Positions 47,122-57,816 are shown, counted from the stretch's first letter. The stretch: DNA of 64,000 nucleotides from an uncultured Cytophagales bacterium (GCA_964511645.1 CAZEGV010000005.1:1157-65156); one strand, 5' to 3'. A program made the numbers and translations. The notes: generated by a model from the sequence alone, not told the origin.

Positions 47122-49368
47122 TTATTTTATTTTTACAAATTTCAACATTTTATCATCAACATTAACGTAATAGACTCCCTCAGCAAGGTCTCTGACATCA
47201 ATATTAACATCTGTACTTGACGTCACTAAAGTCCCCATTTGATTATAAATAAGTGCTTGAGTAAATTCACCTTCGACATGAAGAATAGTTTTTGCGGGGT
47301 TAGGGTACAAGCTTATTTTTCTTTCTTTTTTAGCCACTTTAGCTGTAGAAGTAATTAAGCCTTCAAAGTCGATATAATCAATATCTACACCGCCACCCAT
47401 AATTTCAAGACGTAACAAATGCCCTCCAGCAGTAAGCGGAATTCGTGTAGAATACTCAACGTTTGCATAATCTGTATAAGAAGGTGTAAATTGAGTTGTC
47501 ATTGTTGGCATCCAAATTTGATTGTCAATTTTCAACCTTACTTTTCCTACTGATGTTCCCCATTGATCTTCTTTTTGAGCTATTCGGAAAGTCACTTTAT
47601 ATTTGTCGGTGTTTTGTGCTATTATGGTGTAATCAACCCATTCTCCTGTTTCACAAAAGCTAAGTTTGTACCCTCCTATACCAGCACTAACCAAATCTAC
47701 TTCGTGATTACTGCGGTAAGGATTACTAGACGGGCTTGGCTCCCAAGAAGTGTTTACTTCATGGTAGACTACTTCAGCATCACCTTGGTCAAAGTCTTCA
47801 ACTTCTAATATACCTGGGATAGATATTGGGGTATTATTAAATGGCGTATGCCCGACAAAAAAATCAGAGGTAGTAATATAAAATTCGTCTGAAGTAGTTA
47901 ATCCTCCTTCATCTTCCGCTGTAAAGGTAATGGTTTCTGTTCCTTCCCAACCAAGTACTGATGATATGGTAGCAATACCATTATTAATAGTGATTTGTAC
48001 GTTGGTGTTTCCTGAGTAACTAAAGAGAAGATTATCATCTATTGTATGCAGATCTTCGAAAACATTTTTTAAATCTATATCAAAAGCTATAAAGTCAATT
48101 GCTAGGTTAGGATAGTCAGGAAGATAGTTTTCTACTACTGGATTTTGATTAGGAAGGCTTCCTAATTTTGTAATCTCTACATCACCGTCTTGAGGATACA
48201 CATTAATATATAATTTATCAGATACTTGAAAAAAATCAGTTACTGTATTTCCGTCTTGTTGTACAACCCAAGTAGCCGCGATACCGTCTAAGTCTACAAC
48301 CAGTGTAATGGGTGTTTTAATACTAAGCGGAGATAAATAACTAGGAACGTTGACGTTATATTGAGGATTAATGGTAGACCATGTAACAATTATTTTTCCT
48401 AACCCTGCATCATAATTAGCATTAGCTGCTGTTTTTATTTTTTGCATTTGATAAGTTAGTATTTCAGATACAGTCGCTACCCATAGCTCTTTTGTATCCA
48501 TTTTAGACTTTACATAATCTATATGGGATCTATATGATTCTTCTTTGACGCTTCCCCATCCAGCATTTCCAACATTATGTAATTCACGAGTTGCCCACAT
48601 GTTTTTATTCATAGCATGGTCAATTTCTTCATTGAGTTCTGTTATTTGATCTGTTACATTTTTGGCTCTATCTATATCGTCAAATACTTGTACAGAAGTT
48701 CTAAAAAAACCATCTGCGTCTGGAAAAAAATTAGCAGAATCACTATTTTCATATCCATTTCTGTAATAAGGTGCGTTACCATTAGTTGGTGAAGACCAAC
48801 CAGTACGAGAAGCTAAGTAGCCTAAGCTTTTTAGCGTGTCATTAGCATGCTGTGTAAACCTATCATAAGGAAAAATATAAAAGATGGGCTTGAACCCTGT
48901 GCCATTTTCAATAGAGTTGTGTGCTTGACGTATTTGTTGATTAAATTCTGATGAACTAGGATTCTCTCCCCAAGCTTGACCTACTGCTGCTCCACAAGGA
49001 CTCCATCCTGCATTACCGATAGCGCAAGTGTGCGTGTGTGAATGGTTCATAATTTCATGACTATGTTGTGCCATCATAACATTTTTAGCGTAATCATACG
49101 CATCTGAATATCCATTGACGTTTCTTTGAGCTTCACAACTATTAGCAATGGCACCAAAAGTAAATTTAATACCACGATTAAAACAAATAGTGTCCGCATA
49201 CTGCCAAATCCCATCTACAACAGCCGCACCATAGTCATCATGAATAATAGAGTACGCTCCTCGAGCGCCACCTTTCCAGTCTGCAATGTAAGCTGTGGGA
49301 TTTTGAGAGAGTCCAAAAAAAGTACTCACTAATAATATTGTATTTAGTATATGTTTTTTTAGCGACAT
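47122..49368 (-). CDS. Secreted polysaccharide deacetylase-like (CE4-like) protein with CBM6-like module and T9SS sorting domain
   Basis: 748 aa with a signal peptide and an N-terminal region carrying GAYSIIHDDYG and MNHSHTH, which are NodB-like metal or catalytic blocks. A CBM6-like module follows (ILEVEDFDQGDAEVVYHE...GEWVDYTI...IDYIDF). The C-terminal ISLYPNPAKTILHVEG...GVYYVNV...KFVKIK is a T9SS CTD. Confidence 0.7.
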   Translation of the reverse strand: MSLKKHILNTILLVSTFFGLSQNPTAYIADWKGGARGAYSIIHDDYGAAVVDGIWQYADTICFNRGIKFTFGAIANSCEAQRNVNGYSDAYDYAKNVMMAQHSHEIMNHSHTHTCAIGNAGWSPCGAAVGQAWGENPSSSEFNQQIRQAHNSIENGTGFKPIFYIFPYDRFTQHANDTLKSLGYLASRTGWSSPTNGNAPYYRNGYENSDSANFFPDADGFFRTSVQVFDDIDRAKNVTDQITELNEEIDHAMNKNMWATRELHNVGNAGWGSVKEESYRSHIDYVKSKMDTKELWVATVSEILTYQMQKIKTAANANYDAGLGKIIVTWSTINPQYNVNVPSYLSPLSIKTPITLVVDLDGIAATWVVQQDGNTVTDFFQVSDKLYINVYPQDGDVEITKLGSLPNQNPVVENYLPDYPNLAIDFIAFDIDLKNVFEDLHTIDDNLLFSYSGNTNVQITINNGIATISSVLGWEGTETITFTAEDEGGLTTSDEFYITTSDFFVGHTPFNNTPISIPGILEVEDFDQGDAEVVYHEVNTSWEPSPSSNPYRSNHEVDLVSAGIGGYKLSFCETGEWVDYTIIAQNTDKYKVTFRIAQKEDQWGTSVGKVRLKIDNQIWMPTMTTQFTPSYTDYANVEYSTRIPLTAGGHLLRLEIMGGGVDIDYIDFEGLITSTAKVAKKERKISLYPNPAKTILHVEGEFTQALIYNQMGTLVTSSTDVNIDVRDLAEGVYYVNVDDKMLKFVKIK

Positions 49369-49587
49369 TTTTATTTCGTATTTAAATAATTATCTTTCTA
49401 AAACGCAATTCTTTTTAGAATTAACGCTTTAAAAGTCCTCATAAGGTAATTAAAAAAAATAACAACTCCTAAAAGAACAGTTGTTTTACGACAAAGTGAT
49501 TTATTAAACAGATAAAAAAAATCATTCTCAAATAAAAAGGTACTATCAACTTAAAATAGTGACAATACCTTTTGTGAAAAGTTTTAT

Positions 49588-51105
49588 TTAAAGTAAAGAG
49601 TTTCCAGTCATTTCTGCGGGAACATCTACACCAATAAGCTCAAGGATTGTAGGAGCGAGATCCCCTAGTTTCCCATCCTTAATCTCTTTGTCATACGTCT
49701 TGTCTACCAAGATGCAAGGCACAAGACTAGTCGTGTGTGCAGTGTTTGGAGAACCATCTCCATTAATCATAAAATCTGAATTGCCATGATCTGCTATAAT
49801 AATAAATGAATAATTATTTTCAAGCCCAGCAGTCACTACATCATTTACACATTTATCAACTGTTTCGCAGGCAATCATCGCTGCTTTAAAGTCTCCTGTA
49901 TGACCAACCATATCTGGGTTAGCAAAATTAAGACAGACAAAGTCTACCTCACCTTTTTTAAGCTCTGGGATAATAGCGTCACGAATATCGTAAGCAGACA
50001 TCTCTGGTTGCAAATCGTAAGTAGCTACTTTTGGAGATGGGCACAAGAGTCTCTTCTCTCCATCAAACTCTGTCTCTCTACCTCCTGAAAAGAAGAAAGT
50101 TACGTGAGGATATTTTTCTGTTTCCGCAATTCGGATTTGTTTTTTACCTGCTTCAGCAAGGACTTCGCCTAATGTGTTTTTAAGGTTGTCTTTATCAAAA
50201 ACTACGTGCATTCCCTTGAAAGAATCATCATAATTAGTCATAGTGACATAATAAAGATTGAGTGCTTTCATGTCTTGCTCTGGAAAATCTTTTTGAGTCA
50301 AAGCTTGTGTAATCTCTCTTCCTCTATCAGTACGGAAGTTAAAGCACATTACAACATCTTCTTCTTCTATCTTAGTCAAAGCTTGACCATTTTCTGTAAT
50401 TACTACAGGTTTCACAAACTCATCCGTTACATCATTGGCATAAGATTGTTTAATAGCTTCTGCGGCAGAACTAAATTGCTCACCTACTGATTTTGTCATT
50501 ACATCATAGGCCAACTTCACACGTTCCCACCTGTTATCGCGATCCATTGCAAAATATCTACCAACAATACTGGCAATTTTTCCTGTTGTTTTACTCAAAT
50601 GATTTTCTAAATCTTTAAGATATCCTTCTCCTCCTTTAGGATCAGTATCTCTACCGTCAGTAAATACATGAACGAACAAATCCTCAACACCTACTTCTTT
50701 GGCGGCACTTGTCAGACCTTTAAGGTGATTAATATGAGAATGTACGCCACCATCCGACAGCAAGCCCATTAGGTGTACTTTTTTATTATTTGCTTTGGCA
50801 TATTCAAACATCTCTTTGATAGCCGACTCATCTTTTAAAGTATTTTCTTCAACGGCCTTATTGATTCGCACTAAATCTTGATAAACAATACGTCCAGCAC
50901 CGATGTTCATATGCCCAACTTCTGAGTTACCCATTTGTCCTACTGGCAAACCTACTGCAAGCCCTGAAGCTTCTAGCTTACTGTTCACATATTTCCCATA
51001 TAATGAGTCGACAAAAGGAGTTTTTGCTTGATCTACTGCTGATACTTCTGGATTAGTGGCAATGCCCCATCCATCCATAATTATTAAGGCTACTTTTTTG
51101 TTCAT
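49588..51105 (-). CDS. gpmI: 2,3-bisphosphoglycerate-independent phosphoglycerate mutase
   Basis: 505 aa with MDGWG, the catalytic-Ser region GNSEVGHMNIGAGR and ADHGN. Confidence 0.94.
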   Translation of the reverse strand: MNKKVALIIMDGWGIATNPEVSAVDQAKTPFVDSLYGKYVNSKLEASGLAVGLPVGQMGNSEVGHMNIGAGRIVYQDLVRINKAVEENTLKDESAIKEMFEYAKANNKKVHLMGLLSDGGVHSHINHLKGLTSAAKEVGVEDLFVHVFTDGRDTDPKGGEGYLKDLENHLSKTTGKIASIVGRYFAMDRDNRWERVKLAYDVMTKSVGEQFSSAAEAIKQSYANDVTDEFVKPVVITENGQALTKIEEEDVVMCFNFRTDRGREITQALTQKDFPEQDMKALNLYYVTMTNYDDSFKGMHVVFDKDNLKNTLGEVLAEAGKKQIRIAETEKYPHVTFFFSGGRETEFDGEKRLLCPSPKVATYDLQPEMSAYDIRDAIIPELKKGEVDFVCLNFANPDMVGHTGDFKAAMIACETVDKCVNDVVTAGLENNYSFIIIADHGNSDFMINGDGSPNTAHTTSLVPCILVDKTYDKEIKDGKLGDLAPTILELIGVDVPAEMTGNSLL

Positions 51106-51139
51106 CTGTATCTCTAAATTAATGTTTTTATCTTATCCA

Positions 51140-51147
51140 CAAAAATA
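51140..51147 (-). promoter_or_regulatory. Candidate -7 box TATTTTTG for gpmI
   Basis: The minus strand reads TATTTTTG about 35 nt upstream of ATG 51105. Confidence 0.35.
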
Positions 51148-51228
51148 TGAAAAATATACACCAAATCAGAAGACTTTAATTAAAAACGCCTATATTTCAA
51201 ATTATAATTATACGAAAGCATTGTCATT

Positions 51229-51654
51229 ATGTTTGGTATGATTTTCGCTAAAGCTCTTGGTATGAAGAAAAATATATTGTTTTCAATTTTTATTTCGATG
51301 ATTGCCATTGCATCTTTTGGGCAAGATAACACTCAAAAAAATGTTAAATCGGCACTTCAAGTAGGTAGTTCTAGAGAAATCGCTCCTTACTTAGCTGCTT
51401 CCGTTGAGGTGAAAACTGACAAAGTGGAATCTACAATGAATAAAAATCAAGCTATGGTTGTGCTAAAAGATTTTTTCAGGGCACATTCTCCTAAAAGTTT
51501 TGAATACAATCACCTTGGAGAATCTCCTAGCGGGTCACTCTACGGAATTGGTACTTACCAAGCTTATGACGGGAGTTTTAGGGTATACCTAAAATACACT
51601 AAAGTGGGGACTACTTTCTATTTAGATACGATAGAATTCACAAAAGAGAATTAG
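51229..51654 (+). CDS. DUF4783-like secreted protein
   Basis: It has a signal peptide (likely start MKKNILFSIF at 51262). The pattern ...NQAMVVLKDFFRAHSPKSFEYNHLGES...YGIGTY...FRVYLKY...LDTIEF matches the recalled DUF4783 layout. Confidence 0.55.
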   Translation: MFGMIFAKALGMKKNILFSIFISMIAIASFGQDNTQKNVKSALQVGSSREIAPYLAASVEVKTDKVESTMNKNQAMVVLKDFFRAHSPKSFEYNHLGESPSGSLYGIGTYQAYDGSFRVYLKYTKVGTTFYLDTIEFTKEN

Positions 51655-51737
51655 TTTTTTTATCTATTTTTAATAAACTTTATTTACAAATAATCAGAAG
51701 AGAGTAGTTTCATTTTATCCCTACAATCAATAGACTT

Positions 51738-52889
51738 ATGGCAAAAATATTAATCATAGATGATGAAGCAGTAATTCGCAGTACTCTAAAAGAAATTTTA
51801 GAATATGAAAAATACGATGTATCGGAGGCCAAAGACGGAAGAGAAGGTCTAGAAATGATTACAAAAAATAACTATGATGTTGTTCTTTGTGACGTAAAAA
51901 TGCCTAAAATGGATGGTACAGAAGTTTTGGCAAAAGCAATGGCATTGGGTAAAGACACTCAATTCATCATGATTTCGGCTCACGGCACAATTGAGACAGC
52001 AGTAGATGCTACTAAAAAAGGCGCTTTTGATTTTATATCTAAACCACCAGACCTTAATCGTATGTTGGTTTCTATCCGTAATGCGATGGATAAATCTAAC
52101 CTTGTGCAAGAAACAAAAGTGTTACGCAAAAGGGTTAGTAAAAAATTTGAAATGGTAGGAGAGTCTGCGGAAATGCTAGAAGTAAAACAAGCGATTGACA
52201 AAGTAGCACCCACAGAAGCTCGTGTAATGATTAATGGTGCTAATGGTACAGGAAAAGAACTCGTTGCCAAACATCTACATTTAAAATCTACCCGTTCAAA
52301 AAAACCTTTGGTAGAAGTTAATTGTGCAGCAATTCCAAGCGAATTGATAGAGAGCGTTCTTTTTGGACATGAAAAGGGTTCTTTTACGGGGGCTCAGAAA
52401 CAACATCTAGGAAAGTTTGAGCAAGCTAATGGTGGCACTCTTTTCTTAGACGAAATTGGTGATATGGGACTTTCTGCGCAAGCAAAAGTATTGAGGGCTT
52501 TACAAGAAAATGAAATCACCCGAGTAGGTGGAAATAAAAAAATAAAAGTTGATGTTAGAGTGATTGCCGCTACAAACAAAGACCTTAAAAAAGAAATATC
52601 AGAAGGTAATTTTCGAGAAGATTTGTACCATAGACTGAGTGTGATTGTAATTAAAGTGCCGTCACTCAAAGATCGGTCAGAAGATATCTCTATGCTGATT
52701 GAGAAGTTCTTGTCAGATATTGCCAACGACTATGGATCGCAAGAAAAAATCATTGATAAAAAAGCAGTCCAAGCATTATCTAAAATGGAATGGACTGGAA
52801 ACATTCGTGAACTACGTAATGTTATTGAACGTTTAGTCATTATGTCTGATGATAATATCACGATTCAGGATGTAGAAAAATATGTCTAA
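51738..52889 (+). CDS. Sigma-54-dependent response regulator (REC + AAA+ activator) lacking a C-terminal DNA-binding domain
   Basis: 383 aa with REC (ILIIDDE...DVVLCDVKMPKMDG). The AAA+ domain has Walker A GANGTGKE, the GAFTGA-type loop GSFTGA, Walker B LFLDEI and the sensor NIRELRNVIERL. Only 15 aa follow, so there is no Fis-type HTH. Confidence 0.85.
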   Translation: MAKILIIDDEAVIRSTLKEILEYEKYDVSEAKDGREGLEMITKNNYDVVLCDVKMPKMDGTEVLAKAMALGKDTQFIMISAHGTIETAVDATKKGAFDFISKPPDLNRMLVSIRNAMDKSNLVQETKVLRKRVSKKFEMVGESAEMLEVKQAIDKVAPTEARVMINGANGTGKELVAKHLHLKSTRSKKPLVEVNCAAIPSELIESVLFGHEKGSFTGAQKQHLGKFEQANGGTLFLDEIGDMGLSAQAKVLRALQENEITRVGGNKKIKVDVRVIAATNKDLKKEISEGNFREDLYHRLSVIVIKVPSLKDRSEDISMLIEKFLSDIANDYGSQEKIIDKKAVQALSKMEWTGNIRELRNVIERLVIMSDDNITIQDVEKYV

Positions 52890-53622
52890 AATAAGTCCTT
52901 TATCTCCTGCTGAATTAATGTTTTTGGCATCTCCCAATCATAGCAATGGAGAGGAGATGATGAGGGTGCACATCACTCACCTAATTATAACAGGGGTTAT
53001 ACAATTAGAAAAAACAAAAGATCCTATCAAAAATGGAGTAGGTACGATGAATCATTTTCATGTGTCTAGAGGTATTAATTTTGAATCCCATGTTTCTCAA
53101 TCTTTCGAGAATTATTTTTTATACCCATTTAGAGAACAAAACAAACGTTTACCTTTGGGAGTTTATGCTTTATTTATTATCGGAAAATATAAAAATGGGA
53201 TATCATTTAAAAAAGAACAGATATACCCAAGCTTACTAAATAAAAAATTATTAAAACCCAAATTCCTTTCTATATTCCACCAACTGACTAAAGAAGGGGA
53301 AAACGCACAAAACCAAATAAAAAACGGGCTAACGCAATGGAGAAAAGAAATTAAGCCCAGTTTTTACTATGAATTTATACAAAATTACGGTTCTTTATTT
53401 ATTTTAATCGAAGACATTAACTGGAAAATATTAGAAGAAATTCGATTAGATGTATTACAACAAGTACTTGATAAGGTAAAAGAAACAGAAAAAACCAACT
53501 CATCCAACAAACCATTTTTAAACTTTATGATGAGCCATTTGGCAAACGAGAAATTTTCTTTTTTAAGCCTTAGTGAAAATTATTACGATCATATTGCATT
53601 AGGTTTTGAAACCGAAATGTAA
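52882..53622 (+). CDS. Hypothetical protein, translationally coupled to the sigma-54 activator
   Basis: 246 aa. Its ATG overlaps the activator stop (ATGTCTAA). No motif was recognised. Confidence 0.5.
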   Translation: MSKISPLSPAELMFLASPNHSNGEEMMRVHITHLIITGVIQLEKTKDPIKNGVGTMNHFHVSRGINFESHVSQSFENYFLYPFREQNKRLPLGVYALFIIGKYKNGISFKKEQIYPSLLNKKLLKPKFLSIFHQLTKEGENAQNQIKNGLTQWRKEIKPSFYYEFIQNYGSLFILIEDINWKILEEIRLDVLQQVLDKVKETEKTNSSNKPFLNFMMSHLANEKFSFLSLSENYYDHIALGFETEM

Positions 53623-53673
53623 TCTTTGACGGTCATTTCTCGTCAAAAAAAGATATATTGCATCTATTAGGAT

Positions 53674-54771
53674 ATGGAAATAACAAAAAAACTTATACTC
53701 AAGTCATTATCTACTGTTGAAGAACCCGATTTAAAACAAGATTTGGTTACGCTCAACATGATAAAAGACGTTAATGTCGTTGCCAACAAAGTTGCGTTTA
53801 CAGTCATTCTCACAACACCAGCTTGCCCTCTCAAAGAAGTAATTCGCCAACGTTGCGAAGACGCTATCACTAGAGATTTAGGAGAAGATTTACAAATCAC
53901 AATCAACATGATTGCGGATGTGACACGTGTACAAGATCAACTTAACACAGCATTACCCAACGTCAAGAATATCATCGCAATTGCATCTGGAAAAGGCGGA
54001 GTAGGCAAATCAACCATAGCGGCAAACCTTGCGGTAGCCCTAGCCAAAACTGGTGCTAACGTAGGATTGATTGATGCTGATATTTACGGTCCTTCAATAC
54101 CTGTAATGTTTGGTTTGGAGGATGACAAACCTGCTATTGTGGAAGAGGATGGAAAAAGCCTAGTCATTCCAATTCGGAAATATGGAGTTGAACTAATCTC
54201 AATGGGGTTTTTATCTCCTGCCGACAATGCCATCGTATGGAGAGGTCCTATGGCAAGTTCTGCGTTGCGTCAATTCTTTAATGATGTTAAATGGCCTGAG
54301 CTAGATTATTTATTAATCGACTTACCTCCAGGTACAAGCGACATCCACCTGACGATGGTACAATCAGCCTCTATAACGGGGGCAGTAATTGTAACTACTC
54401 CACAAAAAGTAGCCTTAGCTGATGCTCAAAAAGGATTGGCAATGTTCAAACAGCCTCAAATCAATGTACCCGTTTTAGGCGTGATCGAAAACATGGCGTA
54501 TTTCACTCCAGAAGACTTACCCAATAAAAAATATTATATTTTTGGAGAAGGTGGCGGAGATAAGTTAGCCAAAAAACACAACGTACCATTATTGGGAAAA
54601 ATCCCAATAGTAGAACAAATAAGAGAGGCGGGAGATGACGGCTCACCAATAGTATTGAGCAATAATATAGTAGCTCAAGCGTTTACATCATTAGCGGAAG
54701 CTGTTGCTCAACAAGTGGCAATTCGGAATGCATCTATACCTGAAAGTCAGCAAGTAAAAATTACAACATAA
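53674..54771 (+). CDS. Mrp/ApbC-family Fe-S cluster carrier ATPase
   Basis: 365 aa with an N-terminal DUF59-like domain, the deviant Walker A ASGKGGVGKST and a CxxC-less Bacteroidetes form with the ...VIENMAYF... block. Confidence 0.88.
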   Translation: MEITKKLILKSLSTVEEPDLKQDLVTLNMIKDVNVVANKVAFTVILTTPACPLKEVIRQRCEDAITRDLGEDLQITINMIADVTRVQDQLNTALPNVKNIIAIASGKGGVGKSTIAANLAVALAKTGANVGLIDADIYGPSIPVMFGLEDDKPAIVEEDGKSLVIPIRKYGVELISMGFLSPADNAIVWRGPMASSALRQFFNDVKWPELDYLLIDLPPGTSDIHLTMVQSASITGAVIVTTPQKVALADAQKGLAMFKQPQINVPVLGVIENMAYFTPEDLPNKKYYIFGEGGGDKLAKKHNVPLLGKIPIVEQIREAGDDGSPIVLSNNIVAQAFTSLAEAVAQQVAIRNASIPESQQVKITT

Positions 54772-54782
54772 AGAAAAATATC

Positions 54783-55025
54783 GTGAGCGAAGAATTACAC
54801 CAAAGAGTAGACCAAGCCTTAGAAAAAATAAGACCTTACCTCATAACAGATGGTGGCAATGTACGAATTATAGAAATTACTGATGAAATGGTTGTAAAGC
54901 TAGAATTATTAGGCTCTTGTGGCTCTTGTAATATGTCTGCTATGACAATGAAAGCTGGGATACAGGAAACAGTAAAAAGAGAAGTCCCTGAAATCAAAGA
55001 AGTTATCGCTATAAATCAAGATTAA
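54783..55025 (+). CDS. NifU-like C-terminal domain protein
   Basis: 80 aa with a GTG start and ...IRPYLITDGGNVRIIEITDEMVVKLELLGSCGSCNMS..., the Nfu/NifU CxxC motif. Confidence 0.85.
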   Translation: MSEELHQRVDQALEKIRPYLITDGGNVRIIEITDEMVVKLELLGSCGSCNMSAMTMKAGIQETVKREVPEIKEVIAINQD

Positions 55026-55026
55026 A

Positions 55027-55611
55027 ATGAAGGTGTTAAAGATGTTATTTACTACTTGGAAAGGTGTTTTTATTAACTTTGGAATCATTGCATTATTATC
55101 TTATGGTCTTATGCATTATTTTTTTAATGTAAAACTGCATCGAGACACCTTACATGGGCAACATATAGAAGTCCCTAACCTAGAAAACATCCCTTATAAT
55201 CAAGCAAAACTAGAGTTAAATAAGCTTGGACTACAGGCTGTAATTAATGAAAAAACTTTTTCGGAAACACATAAACTAAATGCTGTCGTCAACCAAGTCC
55301 CTAAAGCAAAGTCAAAAGTAAAAAAAGGCAGAAAAATATTTTTGACTATTAATGAAGATAAAACGCCTACGATAACGATTACCAAAGAGCTATATAATCG
55401 TATTCACAATACAGATGAGCGTAACTTAAAAAAATTACTAGAAGCTAACCACTTAAAATACGGCTATCGATTAGATACTATCTGTGGGTATGATGGTTAT
55501 ATATTTAGGTTAGAGCAAAAAGGTGGGAAACGAATCAGGATAGGTGATAAATTAAAAAGAAACACTAAATTAAATGCTGTAATAGGTAAAACTCGTAAAT
55601 CAGATGGCTAG
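55027..55611 (+). CDS. PASTA domain-containing membrane protein
   Basis: 194 aa with an N-terminal TM and a PASTA-like unit (IEVPNLENIPYNQAKLELNKLGLQAVINE...VVNQVPKAKSKVKKGRKIFLTI). Confidence 0.55.
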   Translation: MKVLKMLFTTWKGVFINFGIIALLSYGLMHYFFNVKLHRDTLHGQHIEVPNLENIPYNQAKLELNKLGLQAVINEKTFSETHKLNAVVNQVPKAKSKVKKGRKIFLTINEDKTPTITITKELYNRIHNTDERNLKKLLEANHLKYGYRLDTICGYDGYIFRLEQKGGKRIRIGDKLKRNTKLNAVIGKTRKSDG

Positions 55612-57487
55612 AATTTGTCTCATCATAATATCACTTTTTTCATCCACACTAACTTGGGCACAGCTATACCAAAGTACAATTCCGTATAAAACAGTAAAAA
55701 ACCAAGCAAAAGGTGGAGATACATTAAACCTACCTTTTATAGATGATTTTAGTTCATACACAGGAAGCCCAACTAATGACTACTGGTTAGCAGGTGGAGG
55801 TGGATATGTTAACAATTCTTATGCTGTTTTTCCTCCAAGTTACAATGCACTTACGCTAGATGGCACTGATAATAACGGGCAACCGTATAATTTTGTTTCT
55901 GGTGCTACCGAAAATGTATCAATCGACATAGATGGAGAGACGGATTACATCATTAGTAAACCAATAGATTTATCTATTTATGGCACACTAGACGGTATTG
56001 CTTTTAGCTTTTATTGGCAAAAAGGAAGTTTCTCTGCCAATACGATTCCAGAATTAAAAGACGGAGATACATTGAAATTATTCTTTAAGTCTAAATCAGG
56101 GGCTTGGAAAAAGGTTTTTCCTATCGATAGTAACAAAAGAAAACAAATGGACACACTGATCAATGGGCATGATTTTGTGTATGAATTTCTATCAATAAAA
56201 GACACCAATTACCTCCATGATGCTTTTCAATTTAAATTTACAACACACGGAAAAGTGACAGGTGCATGGGATGTATGGAACATAGACTATGTCTACCTGG
56301 ACAAAGGTCGATTAACCGATAACATACAGGATTTTGCATTTTCTAGCGTAAGCCAATCTCTATTTGCTGATTATCACAGCATCCCTGTAGAGGCTCTATT
56401 GCAATCCAACTTCACGCTAAGCGATGGTATTAACGCAAAAACATTTAACCTGACCAATATTGGTAACTTTATTGGACAAACGAATTTAGATATAACTGCC
56501 AACGGTTTACTTATGAGTCAAAGTACGGCAACTGGAGATTTCTTACCTGCACAATCCAACAAAGAGGTGAACTTGTCAATAGACAAAATAACGTTTAATA
56601 ATAATATTGGCGGAATCCCTAACCCTAATGAGATTACGTTTATATCAAAACTATCCTTAGTCACACCTGATGACAGTTTGTCTACAAATGACACTTTATC
56701 CTTTACAAACACACTTAAAGACTATTACGCTTATGATGACGGAAGTGCCGAAATGGCAATCGGATTTGGTGAATATGGTGAACTAGTAATGGAATATGAG
56801 TTTAGCGGAAGCGACACCATCACAGCAATTGATATTAATTTCTTAAAAATCGGTCACAATCTTGAAAACACCCCAATTTCCATCCGTTTATGGGAATCGA
56901 TTGAAGGTGTAAACGGAGCAAATAGTTCTGTTCGATTGGCGAGCATTTTTACTGGAGTTCGGTATAAAACAGGGCTTAATCAGTTCACTAGATATAACTT
57001 AGACAAAGGCATCATCTTATCTCCTGGAAAGTATTATATTGGCTATGAATCTGCTTCTCTAAACCCTACTTATATAGGTTTTGATAAAAACACCGATCTT
57101 ATACAACAAAAAGTATATATGAGAAGAAGCGGAGAAGTTTGGTCGCAGGACGAAACAATCTTGCTAGCTGGAACACCTATGATACGCCCTGTATTTGGGG
57201 ATGTGACTGGGCTAAAAAACACTAAAGAAGAAGAAAAAGAACAAATCAAAACTACGTTAAACGTCAAAGTATATCCAAACCCTACTGCCAATAAACTTCA
57301 CATAGAAAAAGGTGTAAAAACTATTATACTTAGCGACATTACAGGTAGAAAAGTAATAGAACAAACGAATCTTGATATTGAGTCTAAAACTATACTTGAA
57401 CTGGGATTTTTAAACAAAGGCACTTACTACCTCTACCTCAGTGATGGCAGGCTAGAAGAAGTCCAAATGATTGTAGTAAGTCAATAG
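55604..57487 (+). CDS. Secreted protein of unknown function with T9SS C-terminal sorting domain
   Basis: 627 aa with the signal peptide ICLIIISLFSSTLTWAQ and the C-terminal VKVYPNPTANKLHIEKG...GTYYLYLSDGRLEEVQMIVVSQ. Confidence 0.7.
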   Translation: MARICLIIISLFSSTLTWAQLYQSTIPYKTVKNQAKGGDTLNLPFIDDFSSYTGSPTNDYWLAGGGGYVNNSYAVFPPSYNALTLDGTDNNGQPYNFVSGATENVSIDIDGETDYIISKPIDLSIYGTLDGIAFSFYWQKGSFSANTIPELKDGDTLKLFFKSKSGAWKKVFPIDSNKRKQMDTLINGHDFVYEFLSIKDTNYLHDAFQFKFTTHGKVTGAWDVWNIDYVYLDKGRLTDNIQDFAFSSVSQSLFADYHSIPVEALLQSNFTLSDGINAKTFNLTNIGNFIGQTNLDITANGLLMSQSTATGDFLPAQSNKEVNLSIDKITFNNNIGGIPNPNEITFISKLSLVTPDDSLSTNDTLSFTNTLKDYYAYDDGSAEMAIGFGEYGELVMEYEFSGSDTITAIDINFLKIGHNLENTPISIRLWESIEGVNGANSSVRLASIFTGVRYKTGLNQFTRYNLDKGIILSPGKYYIGYESASLNPTYIGFDKNTDLIQQKVYMRRSGEVWSQDETILLAGTPMIRPVFGDVTGLKNTKEEEKEQIKTTLNVKVYPNPTANKLHIEKGVKTIILSDITGRKVIEQTNLDIESKTILELGFLNKGTYYLYLSDGRLEEVQMIVVSQ

Positions 57488-57498
57488 GTATCGCTGAA

Positions 57499-57816
57499 AT
57501 GTACAAAAAACCCAAAGGAAGACATTGTAAATCACTCTCTATAAATGACGTAGTAGAAGCTTTTTTTAAAGACAAAAAGATGACTACACGTTATTACGAA
57601 ACGATGGTAATAGCATATTGGGGAAAGATTGTAGGACGTGCTATTGAGAAATACACCCAAATGGTAGATGTAAAAAACGGAGTCCTTTATGTGAAAATCA
57701 GTTCCCCAGCACTAGTCAACGAACTAAGTATGAACCGTAGCCAACTGATAAAGCTGGTTAATACCGAAGTTGAAAAGAAGGTGGTGCATAAAGTAATTTT
57801 TTTAGCAGGAGATTAA
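57499..57816 (+). CDS. DUF721 (DciA-like) domain protein
   Basis: 105 aa. ...VIAYWGKIVGRAIEKYTQMVDVKNGVLYVKISSPALVNELSMNRSQLIKLVN... matches the recalled DUF721 pattern. Confidence 0.6.
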   Translation: MYKKPKGRHCKSLSINDVVEAFFKDKKMTTRYYETMVIAYWGKIVGRAIEKYTQMVDVKNGVLYVKISSPALVNELSMNRSQLIKLVNTEVEKKVVHKVIFLAGD

